A stretch of 64,000 nt of DNA, taken from the NCBI GenBank assembly GCA_963676795.2, contig CAXXTB010000002.1, positions 864,001-928,000 of the forward strand, in the 5' to 3' direction. The DNA comes from Geopsychrobacteraceae bacterium (GTDB lineage Bacteria; Desulfobacterota; Desulfuromonadia; Desulfuromonadales; Geopsychrobacteraceae). Made by a program: the position numbers and the translations under genes. Below the pieces are notes generated by a model, which saw only the letters and a program-made list of their open reading frames with translations, did not search any database and was not told the origin of the DNA. Positions 31,794-41,742 of the stretch are shown piece by piece. How positions within the stretch are numbered: position 1 is the first letter of the stretch; the number at the start of each line of letters is the position of its first letter.

Positions 31794-33104
31794 ATGTCCA
31801 AAGCTGCCATCGCACGTATCATTCATACCAAACTGGTCGGTGCGGCCGATGCGCGCTCCTGTAACGCCATCGATGACCGGGCCTGCCGCGAAGTCCCGGG
31901 TAATTTCCTGCTGACCATTATCAGCCAGTTCTTTCAACAGCTCGGTGATGCTGTCGCGAATCCGAAGATTGTGCTCCCCTGGGTTATGGAGACGATCAGC
32001 GCGCCGTTATACCTGATCGGTTTCCTGGTGCCGATCCGCGAGTCGGGGTCGATGATTCCGCAGCTGCTGCTGGCCAGCTATATCCGTCGCCTGGCGATTC
32101 GCAAGTGGGTCTGGGTCGCGGGGAGCTTTCTTCAGGCCTTCTGTATTGCCGGAATCGGCCTGGTGGCCTGGAGTCTGGAGGGGGCCGCCGCCGGGTACGC
32201 CATTATCGGCCTGCTTGCCCTGTTCAGCCTGTCGCGCTGCTTGAGTTCCGTGGCGTCGAAGGATGTGGTCGGCAAGACCATTCCGAAGACACAGCGCGGG
32301 CGGGTCAGCGGTTGGTCCGCCAGTGTCGCCGGCATGATCACGGTTGTGTTCGGTGCCGGGCTGCTGCTCTTTTCCGGCCGGGAGCTGGCTCCCGTTCATT
32401 ACGGAATCATGCTCGCCGGCGCCGGTGCCCTGTGGCTGATTGCCGGATCGGTCTATGCCTTGATCAGGGAGTTTCCCGGTGAGGCCGCCGCGGCAGATAA
32501 TGCCTTTATCGCTGCCTTCAGAAGGCTTACAATCCTGCGCAGCGACCGGCCGTTCCGACGTTTTGTCATCACCCGGGCGCTGCTGCTCTGTTCGGCGCTG
32601 ACCGGTCCTTACTACGTCGTCCTGGCTCAGCAGCAGCTCGGTTCGCCCGGCTATCTGCTCGGTCTTTTCGTCATCGCCAGCGGTGCGGCCAGCCTGGTTT
32701 CGTCACCGTTCTGGGGGCACTTCGCCGATCTGTCCAGCCGCAAGGTCCTGATTGCCGCCGCCCTGATGACGACTCTGCTCGGTCTGCTGGTTTTTCTGAT
32801 CAGCGTGATGCGTCCGGGGCTGTTCGGTTTTGTCTGGCTGCTGCCGCTGGTCTATTTCCTGTTGAGTATCGCCCATCAGGGTGTCAGGGTAGGGCGCAAG
32901 ACCTATGTCGTCGATCTGGCCGAAGGGAACAAGCGCACCGATTACGTCTCGGTCAGCAATACCCTGATCGGCATCATTCTGCTGATCCTCGGTTTCACAG
33001 GAGCTTTGAGCTCATTCGTTTCGGTTGCGACCATCATTCTGATCCTGTCATTGATGGGTGCTTTGGGAGCGCTGCTTGGCTTTACCTTGCCGGAGGTCGA
33101 ATAG
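31794..33104 (+). CDS. MFS transporter
   Basis: ~12 hydrophobic segments; DVVGKTIPKTQRG, GRKTYVVD motifs. Confidence 0.85.
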   Translation: MSKAAIARIIHTKLVGAADARSCNAIDDRACREVPGNFLLTIISQFFQQLGDAVANPKIVLPWVMETISAPLYLIGFLVPIRESGSMIPQLLLASYIRRLAIRKWVWVAGSFLQAFCIAGIGLVAWSLEGAAAGYAIIGLLALFSLSRCLSSVASKDVVGKTIPKTQRGRVSGWSASVAGMITVVFGAGLLLFSGRELAPVHYGIMLAGAGALWLIAGSVYALIREFPGEAAAADNAFIAAFRRLTILRSDRPFRRFVITRALLLCSALTGPYYVVLAQQQLGSPGYLLGLFVIASGAASLVSSPFWGHFADLSSRKVLIAAALMTTLLGLLVFLISVMRPGLFGFVWLLPLVYFLLSIAHQGVRVGRKTYVVDLAEGNKRTDYVSVSNTLIGIILLILGFTGALSSFVSVATIILILSLMGALGALLGFTLPEVE

Positions 33105-33137
33105 GCGGCCGGCCGGTTCCCTGGGTGGTCCCTGTTG

Positions 33138-35315
33138 TCAGCTGGCCTGTTGCCTGACGATGGAAAAGAGTCGCTTTGGTGCCGGGCGAGTCTGCTCATC
33201 CCTGATGATAGGGCACCAGGCGGCTTTGATATCGGCATATTGCGGGATCAGCAGGTCGCTGGGCAATGGCTTGCAGAACAGGAACCCCTGGCCGATCTGA
33301 CACCCCAGTTTGCTGAGGAATTGACGCTGTTCTTCAGTCTCGATCCCTTCGACGACGACTTCAAGGTTCAGTGTTTCCGCCAGTTCGACCACCGTTTTGA
33401 TCAGCGCGCTGTCGAAATGGTCGGTCATGACGTCGGTGACGAAGCCGCGGTCGATCTTCAGGGTTGAAATCGGCAGGTGTTTCAGGTGGCTGAGCGAAGA
33501 GTGGCCGGTGCCAAAATCGTCAATGGCGACGCGGATCCCCTGTGCTCTGATTTTATTCAGGTGCGAGATCGTCAGTTCCGGATTCTCCATGGCGATGCTT
33601 TCTGTGATCTCCAGTTCGAAAAGGTTGGGATCCAGCTTGTGTCTGTTCAGGGCACTGATGACCGTCTCCGGAAATTGCGCTTGTTTGAACTGCACCATCG
33701 AGATATTGATACTCATGCAGAATTGATCGATGCCCGCATCGAGAAATTTTTTGGCCTGTTCGCAGGCCGAGTCGAGAACCCAGTCGCCGATCGGCAGGAT
33801 CAAGCCGGTCTCTTCGGCAACCGGAATGAATTCGAGCGGTGAAATCAACCCTTTTTCGGGGTGCTTCCATCTGAGCAAGGCTTCCAGCTTGAGCAGTTGT
33901 CCTGTCCTGAGATCGACCTGCGGATGAAAAAACAGTTCAAACTCCTGTTCCGTCAACGCCTTCCTGAGTTCATTGCTGATGGTGTGAAAGTCCTTGGATC
34001 TGGCATCCATTTCAGGGGTGTAGATTCTGTAGGTGTTGCGCTCTTTTTTTGCCGCGTACATGGCGACATCTGCGGTTCTTAACAGTTCTTCGAAGCTCTT
34101 TCCATGTCTGGAGAACAGGCTGATGCCGATGCTGGGAGTCAGAAAAAACTGCAGGCCATCGACATTGAAAGGTGTTGTGAAATGACTGAGCACCTGACGG
34201 GCCAGTTGAGAAATATTTTCCGTAGCAGAGAGCGGATCGATAATGATGACGAATTCGTCACCGGAGAGTCTGCCGATCAGCATCTTCTGGTCTATCGAAT
34301 CGACTAACCTCTGGGAAAACTGGACCAGAAACTTGTCGCCAATCTGATGGCCGTAGTTATCATTGACCATTTTGAAGTTATCAATATCAATGAGCAGAAC
34401 CGCAATTTCGTAGTTGTCTCTGGCCGCCCGTTGCAATGCCTTCTGCATCCAGTCCTGAATGCAGATCCGGTTCGGCAGGTTGGTCAGCGAGTCGTGATGA
34501 GCCAGGTACGCCATGGAGCTGCGTTGCCTGATCAGTTCCTGTTCGACCCTTTTTCTCTCCGTGATATCCTGCAGAATGCCGGTGATACTGACAAGCTGAG
34601 AAGAACTGTCGGTTTCGATGGTCATTTTCTGCTGGACATGACGACTTGAGCCATCGCTCAGGCCGATACGGTAGTCCAGCGTCAAGTCCGTTCTGTTGAG
34701 AATGGCCTCGCGCAGCGCGGTAAAAACTCTCTGCCGGTCTTCCTTGTGGATCTTTTTCAGAAAAAAACCGATCTCCGTCGACTCCTCCGGATGTATCGCG
34801 AAGATACGACAGATCTCCAGGGAGCAAAGAAACATATTCCCTTTGCGCTTCCATTTCCAGCTACCCAGCTGGGCGATCTGCTGGACTTCGGCAAGGTGTG
34901 CCTGTTCAAGGCGCAGGCGCCGTTCCATGGTTTTATAGTCGGTGACATCAAGCCATGAGCTGATGATTCTTTCCGCTTTGGTGCTGGTCGCCGGTTTCTT
35001 GATCAGGTCGTCCCTGAGCCAGCGATATTCGCCAAACTGGTTACGAAACCGGTAATAACAGATCGTGCGGCTGTCAAATTTGAGCGCTGAGATCGTCTCC
35101 AGGACCCTGGCTTTGTCGTCAGCGTGGATGTTGTCCAGCCAGATGCTGGAATTGTTTCGGAAGCTGTTTGGCGAATAGCCGAGAAGATCCTGAATATTGG
35201 TGCTGGCGTAGGTGCAGTTCAGATCGTCGCAGTTACGGATTAAGACGACAACGGGACCTTCACCCAGAAGATTGTCAGGTAAAGTGTCAATACGACTACC
35301 GGTCAAGTCTATCAT
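33138..35315 (-). CDS. PAS-PAS-GGDEF-EAL c-di-GMP protein
   Basis: Two PAS_3-like repeats (IHADD, IHKED); RLSGDEF; EALLRW, DDFGTGHSSL; ATG 35315 with GGAGGG RBS. Confidence 0.9.
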   Translation of the reverse strand: MIDLTGSRIDTLPDNLLGEGPVVVLIRNCDDLNCTYASTNIQDLLGYSPNSFRNNSSIWLDNIHADDKARVLETISALKFDSRTICYYRFRNQFGEYRWLRDDLIKKPATSTKAERIISSWLDVTDYKTMERRLRLEQAHLAEVQQIAQLGSWKWKRKGNMFLCSLEICRIFAIHPEESTEIGFFLKKIHKEDRQRVFTALREAILNRTDLTLDYRIGLSDGSSRHVQQKMTIETDSSSQLVSITGILQDITERKRVEQELIRQRSSMAYLAHHDSLTNLPNRICIQDWMQKALQRAARDNYEIAVLLIDIDNFKMVNDNYGHQIGDKFLVQFSQRLVDSIDQKMLIGRLSGDEFVIIIDPLSATENISQLARQVLSHFTTPFNVDGLQFFLTPSIGISLFSRHGKSFEELLRTADVAMYAAKKERNTYRIYTPEMDARSKDFHTISNELRKALTEQEFELFFHPQVDLRTGQLLKLEALLRWKHPEKGLISPLEFIPVAEETGLILPIGDWVLDSACEQAKKFLDAGIDQFCMSINISMVQFKQAQFPETVISALNRHKLDPNLFELEITESIAMENPELTISHLNKIRAQGIRVAIDDFGTGHSSLSHLKHLPISTLKIDRGFVTDVMTDHFDSALIKTVVELAETLNLEVVVEGIETEEQRQFLSKLGCQIGQGFLFCKPLPSDLLIPQYADIKAAWCPIIRDEQTRPAPKRLFSIVRQQAS

Positions 35316-35666
35316 AGATGTAAACCCTCCCCCGATGGCTGAAGTCCCGGACAATGAAAAGGGACTTTTCTATGATGATTAGAATGTAGCTGATAACAAT
35401 GTAATTAATGGCAGAAGCTGATTTAATAAAAAAAAACTAAAAAACGCAAGACTTTTTGCTATTTGAAAGATATTAATAATATTAGTGTTTTTGGATCTTC
35501 TTAACTGGCGGAATAGGTTGTCACCGTTGGAAAATGAATAACTGCTTGAGATTTCGAGATTTCCTTTGAAGCCTTCGGCGCTTTCTCAGTCGGGGTCGGT
35601 CCTCCCCGGCTTCACAATGTCCGGATGCATCGGTTAAGCTGAAGACAGACAGCAAAAGGAGCTTCT

Positions 35667-36464
35667 ATGCGTTTCCCTGTTTTGTATCTACTGTTGCTTG
35701 TGCTGCTTCTGTCCGGTTGCCTGAAGCCGATCCCTGCCGACCCTGTCCTGCAGGAGCAGTTCTTCAGGCGGCCTGAAAATCTCAAGCTGACCTTTGTCAC
35801 CGACAAGGGGGAGCAGGTTGCCTACTATCTGCCGCCTCTTGATCACCCTCATGCTCCTCCTGAAAAGCTCAACATCCTCTATCCGGGGATCAACTCTCTG
35901 GCTCTGGGCTGGCTGGGGTTTATCGACCTTAAGGATTCTCCGCAGACCGGCTATCTGCTGATCGAATATCCGGGACGGGGGCTGTCCGAAGGGACGATGC
36001 GTCCGGAGAAAAATTACCTCAATACCGAAGGGGCTCTGAATGCACTGGCCCGGCATTTTCAGCTCGACAGCGCCAGTTTCCAACTCAGCCTCATGGGCCA
36101 TTCTTTCGGCACCGGCATGGCGCTGCAGTTTGCAGCCATACGGCAGGTCGAAAGGGTTGTACTGGTTGCACCGTTCAACGATTTGAAAGCGGGGGTGAGG
36201 CAGCAGTCTTGGCTGTTGGCTGCGATTATGCCGAGCCAGATCGACAGCCGTAAGCTGATCCGGCAGCTGCTCGATTCGAGCGATCCGCCTGAACTCAGCA
36301 TTTTGCACGGCGCAAAGGATAGGGTCCTGCCGGTCACCATGGGCCGCGAACTGGCGCAGCTCGATCCGCGAATCAGCTATCACGAGTTTGCCGAAGACGA
36401 TCACAGCTCGATCCTGACGACACAGTGGAGGTTGATCTTCGGGTTATTGAATGGGGATGAGTGA
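35667..36464 (+). CDS. Alpha/beta hydrolase lipoprotein
   Basis: LSGC lipobox; EYPGRG, GHSFG nucleophile, HGAKD, DDH. Confidence 0.85.
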   Translation: MRFPVLYLLLLVLLLSGCLKPIPADPVLQEQFFRRPENLKLTFVTDKGEQVAYYLPPLDHPHAPPEKLNILYPGINSLALGWLGFIDLKDSPQTGYLLIEYPGRGLSEGTMRPEKNYLNTEGALNALARHFQLDSASFQLSLMGHSFGTGMALQFAAIRQVERVVLVAPFNDLKAGVRQQSWLLAAIMPSQIDSRKLIRQLLDSSDPPELSILHGAKDRVLPVTMGRELAQLDPRISYHEFAEDDHSSILTTQWRLIFGLLNGDE

Positions 36465-36502
36465 GTCAGATCCAGGGTGGTGATAAAGATCAAAAATCCA
36501 TA

Positions 36503-36738
36503 TCTCACGCGAAGCCGCGAAGAGCGCTAAGGAAAGCTGATACCCGTTTGACCACAGAGAAAGTCTGACACAAGCTTTTACTTGGAAAGGGAGGCAGGGG
36601 ATTCAGGGGATTTAGAGGAAAAGCTTCGTCCTTATTTCGGTTCTCCGTGGCTTTGTGCGAGGGGATTTTAGATTATTTTTCGTAATTTTCGTGTTTTCCG
36701 TGGACAAATGTTTATAACCTTCGCGGCTTTGCGTGAGG
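36503..36738. repeat. Nested palindromic 9-nt-period repeat cluster between convergent genes
   Basis: ctcacgcgaagccgcgaag (36504) pairs with cttcgcggctttgcgtgag (36719); inner arms accacagag, ctccgtggctttgtgcgag, ttcgtgttttccgtgg. Confidence 0.75.
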
Positions 36739-36744
36739 CAGGTT

Positions 36745-37386
36745 TTAAGATTTCACCGCAATACCACGGATCGTCCGGTTGAGGAAGGATGGAACACCGT
36801 CGATCAATTCTTCGGTCAGTGTTTCAATGCGCAGGCCTGCCGCTTCAATGTTGGCCGCCGTGTCGCGGGTCAGGCGGCAATCCCCTGCGCAGATTTTCCA
36901 GAAGGGTTCCAGGCGCTGTTGCCAGCGGCGTGTTTTGTCCTGATCCGAAATGACATGTTCCATAAAGATCAGCCTGCCGCCCGGTTTCAGCAGCCGCTCG
37001 ATTTCCTCAAGGCTGCTGGTTGGACAGCCCACGGTACACAGCACCAGGGTCGAAACAATGCTGTCCAGACTTTCTGCGGCCAGGGGAACCCGGTCCGCCG
37101 GCCAATCGGTAATTCTGTAATTCAGATGCTGAAGCTTCGCCCCCTCGGCGACCAGTTTCCGGCGCATGAAATCATCCGGTTCGGCCAGGGTCAGGCTGGT
37201 CAGCAGTGGCGGGTAAAAGGGGAGGTTCAGCCCGGTTCCGGCGCCGATTTCCAGCACATCACCGTAGGCGTTGTGCAGCAGTTCCTGACGCCAGCCTGCC
37301 AGGCAACGTTGTTCTGTGCCGTGCATCAGCAGATTGTAGCTTACAGCGATCAGCCAGGATCGGAAGGTCAGTGCTGTTTGTTTCAT
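36745..37386 (-). CDS. Class I SAM-dependent methyltransferase
   Basis: VLEIGAGTG, LVLCTV, LLKPGGRLIFMEH. Confidence 0.9.
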   Translation of the reverse strand: MKQTALTFRSWLIAVSYNLLMHGTEQRCLAGWRQELLHNAYGDVLEIGAGTGLNLPFYPPLLTSLTLAEPDDFMRRKLVAEGAKLQHLNYRITDWPADRVPLAAESLDSIVSTLVLCTVGCPTSSLEEIERLLKPGGRLIFMEHVISDQDKTRRWQQRLEPFWKICAGDCRLTRDTAANIEAAGLRIETLTEELIDGVPSFLNRTIRGIAVKS

Positions 37387-37391
37387 TTGTA

Positions 37392-38990
37392 CTAACCCAG
37401 AATGATGACGAGGATCTTGGTCAACAGGATCATGCCGATCAGGGCGACCGGGTAGACCGTGGCGTAGGCCGCTGCTGCGTAGGGCGTTTCCACCAGCCCG
37501 GAGACGCTGGCCAGTCCCGGTGTGCTGGTCATGCCGCCGGTCAGGACCCCGAGCAGATGCAGGAACCTGATTTTCAGCAGCTTGCTGCCGATCAGCAGGG
37601 CGACCAGCAGCGGCAGCAGGGTGACGACAATGCCAGAGATAAACAGCGCCACTCCCTGCTGCTGCAGGGTTACGAGGATGTTCGCCCCGGTGCGCGTGCC
37701 GACCGTCGCCAGGAACAGCAGCAGCCCCAGTTCGCGGATAAAGCTGTTGGTCGTGGCCGGGATCTCCCAGATCAGCGGGCCGGTCTTATAGAGCGCACTC
37801 AGGACCAGCCCGGCGAGCAGCACGCCGCCGGAGATCCCCAGTGTGAACTCGCCGATATAGGGGATATAGAGCGGAAACTGGCCGATCAGGAAGCCGATCA
37901 GCAGACCGACGACGATCGGAATCAGGTCGGTCTTGTAGGTCTCGCGGATATCGTTGCCGAGCATCCAGGAGACGTTCTGAATCGCCTCCTCCTGGCCGAC
38001 GACATGGATGATATCGCCCAGGTGGATGCGGGTGTTCTTGTCCGGTGTCAGGTCGATGCCGTTACGGGTGATGCGCGAGACCTGAATGCCGAAGTTCTTC
38101 TTCAGGTTGAGTGTCCCGGCCTGAAACCCGACCCGCGAATGTTTGGAGATCATGATCGATTTTTTGGCCAGCCCCCGGGAAAACTCGATCGAGTCCTCGA
38201 TCGGTTGGCCGAGCAGCAGAATCGCCTGCTCGATCTCATCCTCATGGCCGACGATGCGTACCTTGTCCCCCTTATCGAGTCGGGTATCGCCGTAGACGAT
38301 CACCGGTTCTGGCTCGCCGACCTTGAGCAGGCGGGTCAGGACCACCGGCGCGCTCTTTTTAAAGGGGATCTCGCGGACCTTTTTGCCGAAGATATTCGGG
38401 TTGGTGATCTCGATATGACGGGCCAGCATCGGCGGATTTTCCTGTTCGATCATCTCCTTCATGCGCTGTTCCTCAGCGAGCAGATCGACCTTGAACATCC
38501 GTGGCAGCAGGCGGACAAAGAGGATCACCCCGAGCACGCCGAAACAGTAGGTCAGTCCGTAGGCGGCCGGGGCCTGGCTGTTGACCACCGATTCAACCGC
38601 CACCGCCAGGCCGGGGGTGCTGGTCAGCGCCCCGGAGAACAGCCCCGCCGCGATTCCGGCATCGAATCCATTGATCCAGCTGCAGATCAGGGTGGTGACA
38701 AAGCCGGTCAGGACGATGATTGAGGCCCCCAGAGACAGATGCAGCCCCTGCTTTTTGAAGGAAGAGAGAAACCCGGGTCCGGCCTGCAGCCCGACCGAAT
38801 AGATGAACAGCACCAGCCCCAGGGTCTGAAACACCGCCGGCAGGGTCAGGCCGGAGTAACCGAAGGTCAGCCCGGTAAAGATCACCGCCGAAGAGCCAAG
38901 CGAGAAGTTCTTGACCTTCAGATGGCCGATGATTGAGCCGCTGACGATAACGGCAAAGAGCAGAAAAACAGGATTTTGCAACAGCGACAT
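37392..38990 (-). CDS. Aspartate:alanine antiporter family (YidE/YbjL) with TrkA-C domains
   Basis: GLQAGPGF, GALTSTPGL, GGMTSTPGL, YATVYP duplicated membrane domains. Confidence 0.88.
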   Translation of the reverse strand: MSLLQNPVFLLFAVIVSGSIIGHLKVKNFSLGSSAVIFTGLTFGYSGLTLPAVFQTLGLVLFIYSVGLQAGPGFLSSFKKQGLHLSLGASIIVLTGFVTTLICSWINGFDAGIAAGLFSGALTSTPGLAVAVESVVNSQAPAAYGLTYCFGVLGVILFVRLLPRMFKVDLLAEEQRMKEMIEQENPPMLARHIEITNPNIFGKKVREIPFKKSAPVVLTRLLKVGEPEPVIVYGDTRLDKGDKVRIVGHEDEIEQAILLLGQPIEDSIEFSRGLAKKSIMISKHSRVGFQAGTLNLKKNFGIQVSRITRNGIDLTPDKNTRIHLGDIIHVVGQEEAIQNVSWMLGNDIRETYKTDLIPIVVGLLIGFLIGQFPLYIPYIGEFTLGISGGVLLAGLVLSALYKTGPLIWEIPATTNSFIRELGLLLFLATVGTRTGANILVTLQQQGVALFISGIVVTLLPLLVALLIGSKLLKIRFLHLLGVLTGGMTSTPGLASVSGLVETPYAAAAYATVYPVALIGMILLTKILVIILG

Positions 38991-39154
38991 TATGTAGCGG
39001 CTCCCCATGGGCGAATGTGGATTGGTGGTCGTTGCATCTCTATCTGGTAGTATACCCGAGCTGGTGCAAATCGGTACAGAGCAGCAGGCAGATCAGTGTA
39101 ACACTGCGCTCTGAGAATGGCGGGAATTTATCTGGGGAAAATCATAATCTGACT

Positions 39155-39354
39155 CACCACAGAGCCACGGAGGACACCGAGATAAGAATCAAACTTGGGT
39201 TCCTAATTAATATCTCACGTATCCCCGTGTTAAGTTTTTTTATTTCCTCAGTGATCTCTGTGTCTCGTTAACCGCAGGGCGCGGGTGGTTCAGATTAATC
39301 CGCAAAAAAGCACGATAAAACCATGTTTACCACGGTGGTACAGAGAACACTGAG
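39155..39354. repeat. 9-nt-period palindromic repeat plus extra arm
   Basis: caccacagagccacggaggacaccgag ... ctcagtgatctctgtgtc...gtggt; then accacggtggtacagagaacactgag. Confidence 0.7.
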
Positions 39355-39444
39355 CTGGAAAGCCAGAAAAGAATCATTGAAATATCTGATACTGATTTTT
39401 AATATGCCGGAACGCCTATTCTTTCCCGCATTAAGGACCCTGCT

Positions 39445-41645
39445 ATGCCTTATAACCTGACCCTTGCTGAAATCCGCCAGTTTTTTGATCGCCCCACCTT
39501 TTCCCGTGGCCTGAATTATCAGCGTGAAGGGCGGGTCCTTGTTGCCGAGTGGGATGACGAGGTGAAAATCCTTTTTGGTGAGGTTGAGGGGAGCGGAGAG
39601 CGCGTCTACGAGCAGGAAATCTATTTTACCCCGGCCAGAAACCGCAGAGTCATGGGATCCTGTACCTGCCCCGTGGGCGGGAGTTGCAAGCATGTCGTTG
39701 CCGTTCTACTGGAGTTCATTGAGCTGAATCATGAACTGCCGGAAAAATCGGTGCCGGCAAAGCTGTCCGCTCTGGAGCGTTGGCAGAAGGATACTCTGAA
39801 GCTCCTCGCCGACAAGCAGGTTGCGGCTCCCCAGCCGGGCAGCAGTTTTATTCTCTACCTGCTGAACCCGGTCAAGGGGAAGGACGGCCTGCCCGAGATC
39901 GAGCTGACAACGGTGAAAAGCCGGCTGTTGAAAAAAGGGGGATGGGGCAAAGCCAGCTCTTACCGGCTTTTCGATCTGATCGCCTATGACTATTACCGGA
40001 GCTACGATGATGGCGTTCGTTCTGTCGATAAGGAGATCGCCCGTCTGCTCAGCGACGGCAACCGCTCTTACAGTTATCAGCCGACGTCGCTGCGCCTGCA
40101 GGGGGATGTCGGTGTGCTGGTTCTGCAGCGCCTTCTTTTGAGCAGGCGCTGCTACTATAAAAACCTCGATAATCCTCCGCTGGTTGCGGTATCGAGGCCG
40201 TTGCCGCGCCAGCCGGACTGGCCGCGCAGCTGCGCGAATATCAGTCAGAAGGCCTGGCGTGGCTGCAGTTTCTCCGGGAATATGCGTTTCACGGCATCCT
40301 TGCCGATGATATGGGCTTAGGGAAAACGATTCAGACCCTAAGTCATCTGCAGCTCGAAAGAGAGACAGGAAGGCTCGACCGCCCCGCCCTGATTGTTGCT
40401 CCGACCAGCGTGCTGGGCAACTGGCTGCGCGAGGCGAAGCGTTTTACCCCCGGGCTGAAGGCAGCGCTGTTGCACGGCCCGGAGCGGGGCAATATCTTCG
40501 CAACGGCACAGGATTACGATCTGCTGGTCACCAGTTACGCGCTGCTTGACCGCGATCTGGAACGCCACCTGGAGGGGGAATATCACAGTTTGATTCTCGA
40601 TGAAGCCCAGGCGATCAAGAACCCCAAGGCCAAGGTTGCGCAGGCGGCCTGTGCCGTCAAAAGCCGCCACCGGCTCTGCCTGACCGGCACGCCGCTGGAA
40701 AACCATCTGGGCGAGCTCTGGTCGCTGTTTCACTTTCTTATGCCCGGCTTCCTCGGCGCGCAGCAGACCTTCACCCGGCTGTTCCGCACGCCCGTTGAGA
40801 AACAGCAGAACCTGAGCCGTCAGCAGCAGCTGCAGCAACGGATCATGCCCTTTGTCCTGCGCCGGACCAAGGATCAGGTCACCCGCGAGCTGCCGCCCAA
40901 AACGACCATGGTCCGCGAGGCCGAACTCGGCAGCGCTCAGGCCCGTCTCTATGAAAGCCTGCGCCTGGCGATGACGAAAAAGGTCAATCAGCTGCTCGAA
41001 AGCAAAGGACTGCAGAACAGCCACATCGAAATCCTTGACGCCCTGCTCAAACTGCGTCAGGCCTGCTGTGACCCGCGGCTGGTCAAGCTTGAGAGCGCCG
41101 CCAAGGTCAAACAGTCGGCCAAGCTTGAACTGCTGCTCGAGCTGCTTGAAGAACTGCTCGAAGAAGGGCGACGGGTCCTGATTTTTTCGCAGTTCACCTC
41201 CATGCTGACCCTCATCGAAGCCGAACTTAAAGCGCGGCGGATCGCTTATGCAAAACTGACCGGACAGACCCGCAAGCGCGACGAGGCAATCGCCATGTTC
41301 CAGGAGGGGGAGGCCGGCGTTTTCCTGATCAGCCTCAAGGCCGGCGGTGTCGGTCTCAATCTGACCGCCGCCGATGCGGTCATTCACTATGATCCATGGT
41401 GGAACCCCGCTGCCGAAAATCAGGCCACTGACCGGGCTCACCGTATCGGCCAGGACAAGCCGGTGTTCGTTTACAAGCTGGTCGCCAAAGGAACGGTCGA
41501 GGAGAAGATTCTTCAGCTGCAGGATAAGAAACAGCGCCTCGCCGACGGCATCTACGCCGGCGGGGAAGGGCAGGCCGCAACGGCGATCAGCTCCGAGGAA
41601 CTGCTCGCGCTGCTGGCGCCGGTCAGTGAAGATACTCTTGAATGA
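39445..41645 (+). pseudogene. SWIM zinc finger-SNF2/DEAD-box helicase, split by an out-of-frame junction near 40187
   Basis: SWIM CTC..CKH in ORF 39445; SNF2 sequence GIEAVAAPAGLAAQLREYQSEGLAWLQFL..GILADDMGLGKT lies in a different frame from ~40188; DEAQ, TGTPLEN, DRAHRIGQ downstream. Confidence 0.75.
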
Positions 41646-41742
41646 TGACTCTGTATTCAGCAGCAGAGATAAGCGGATAAGGGCGGATGTAAAACCTGAA
41701 CCTTGTTCGCTCGCTTAATCTGTGTCAATCCGTGAAAATCTG

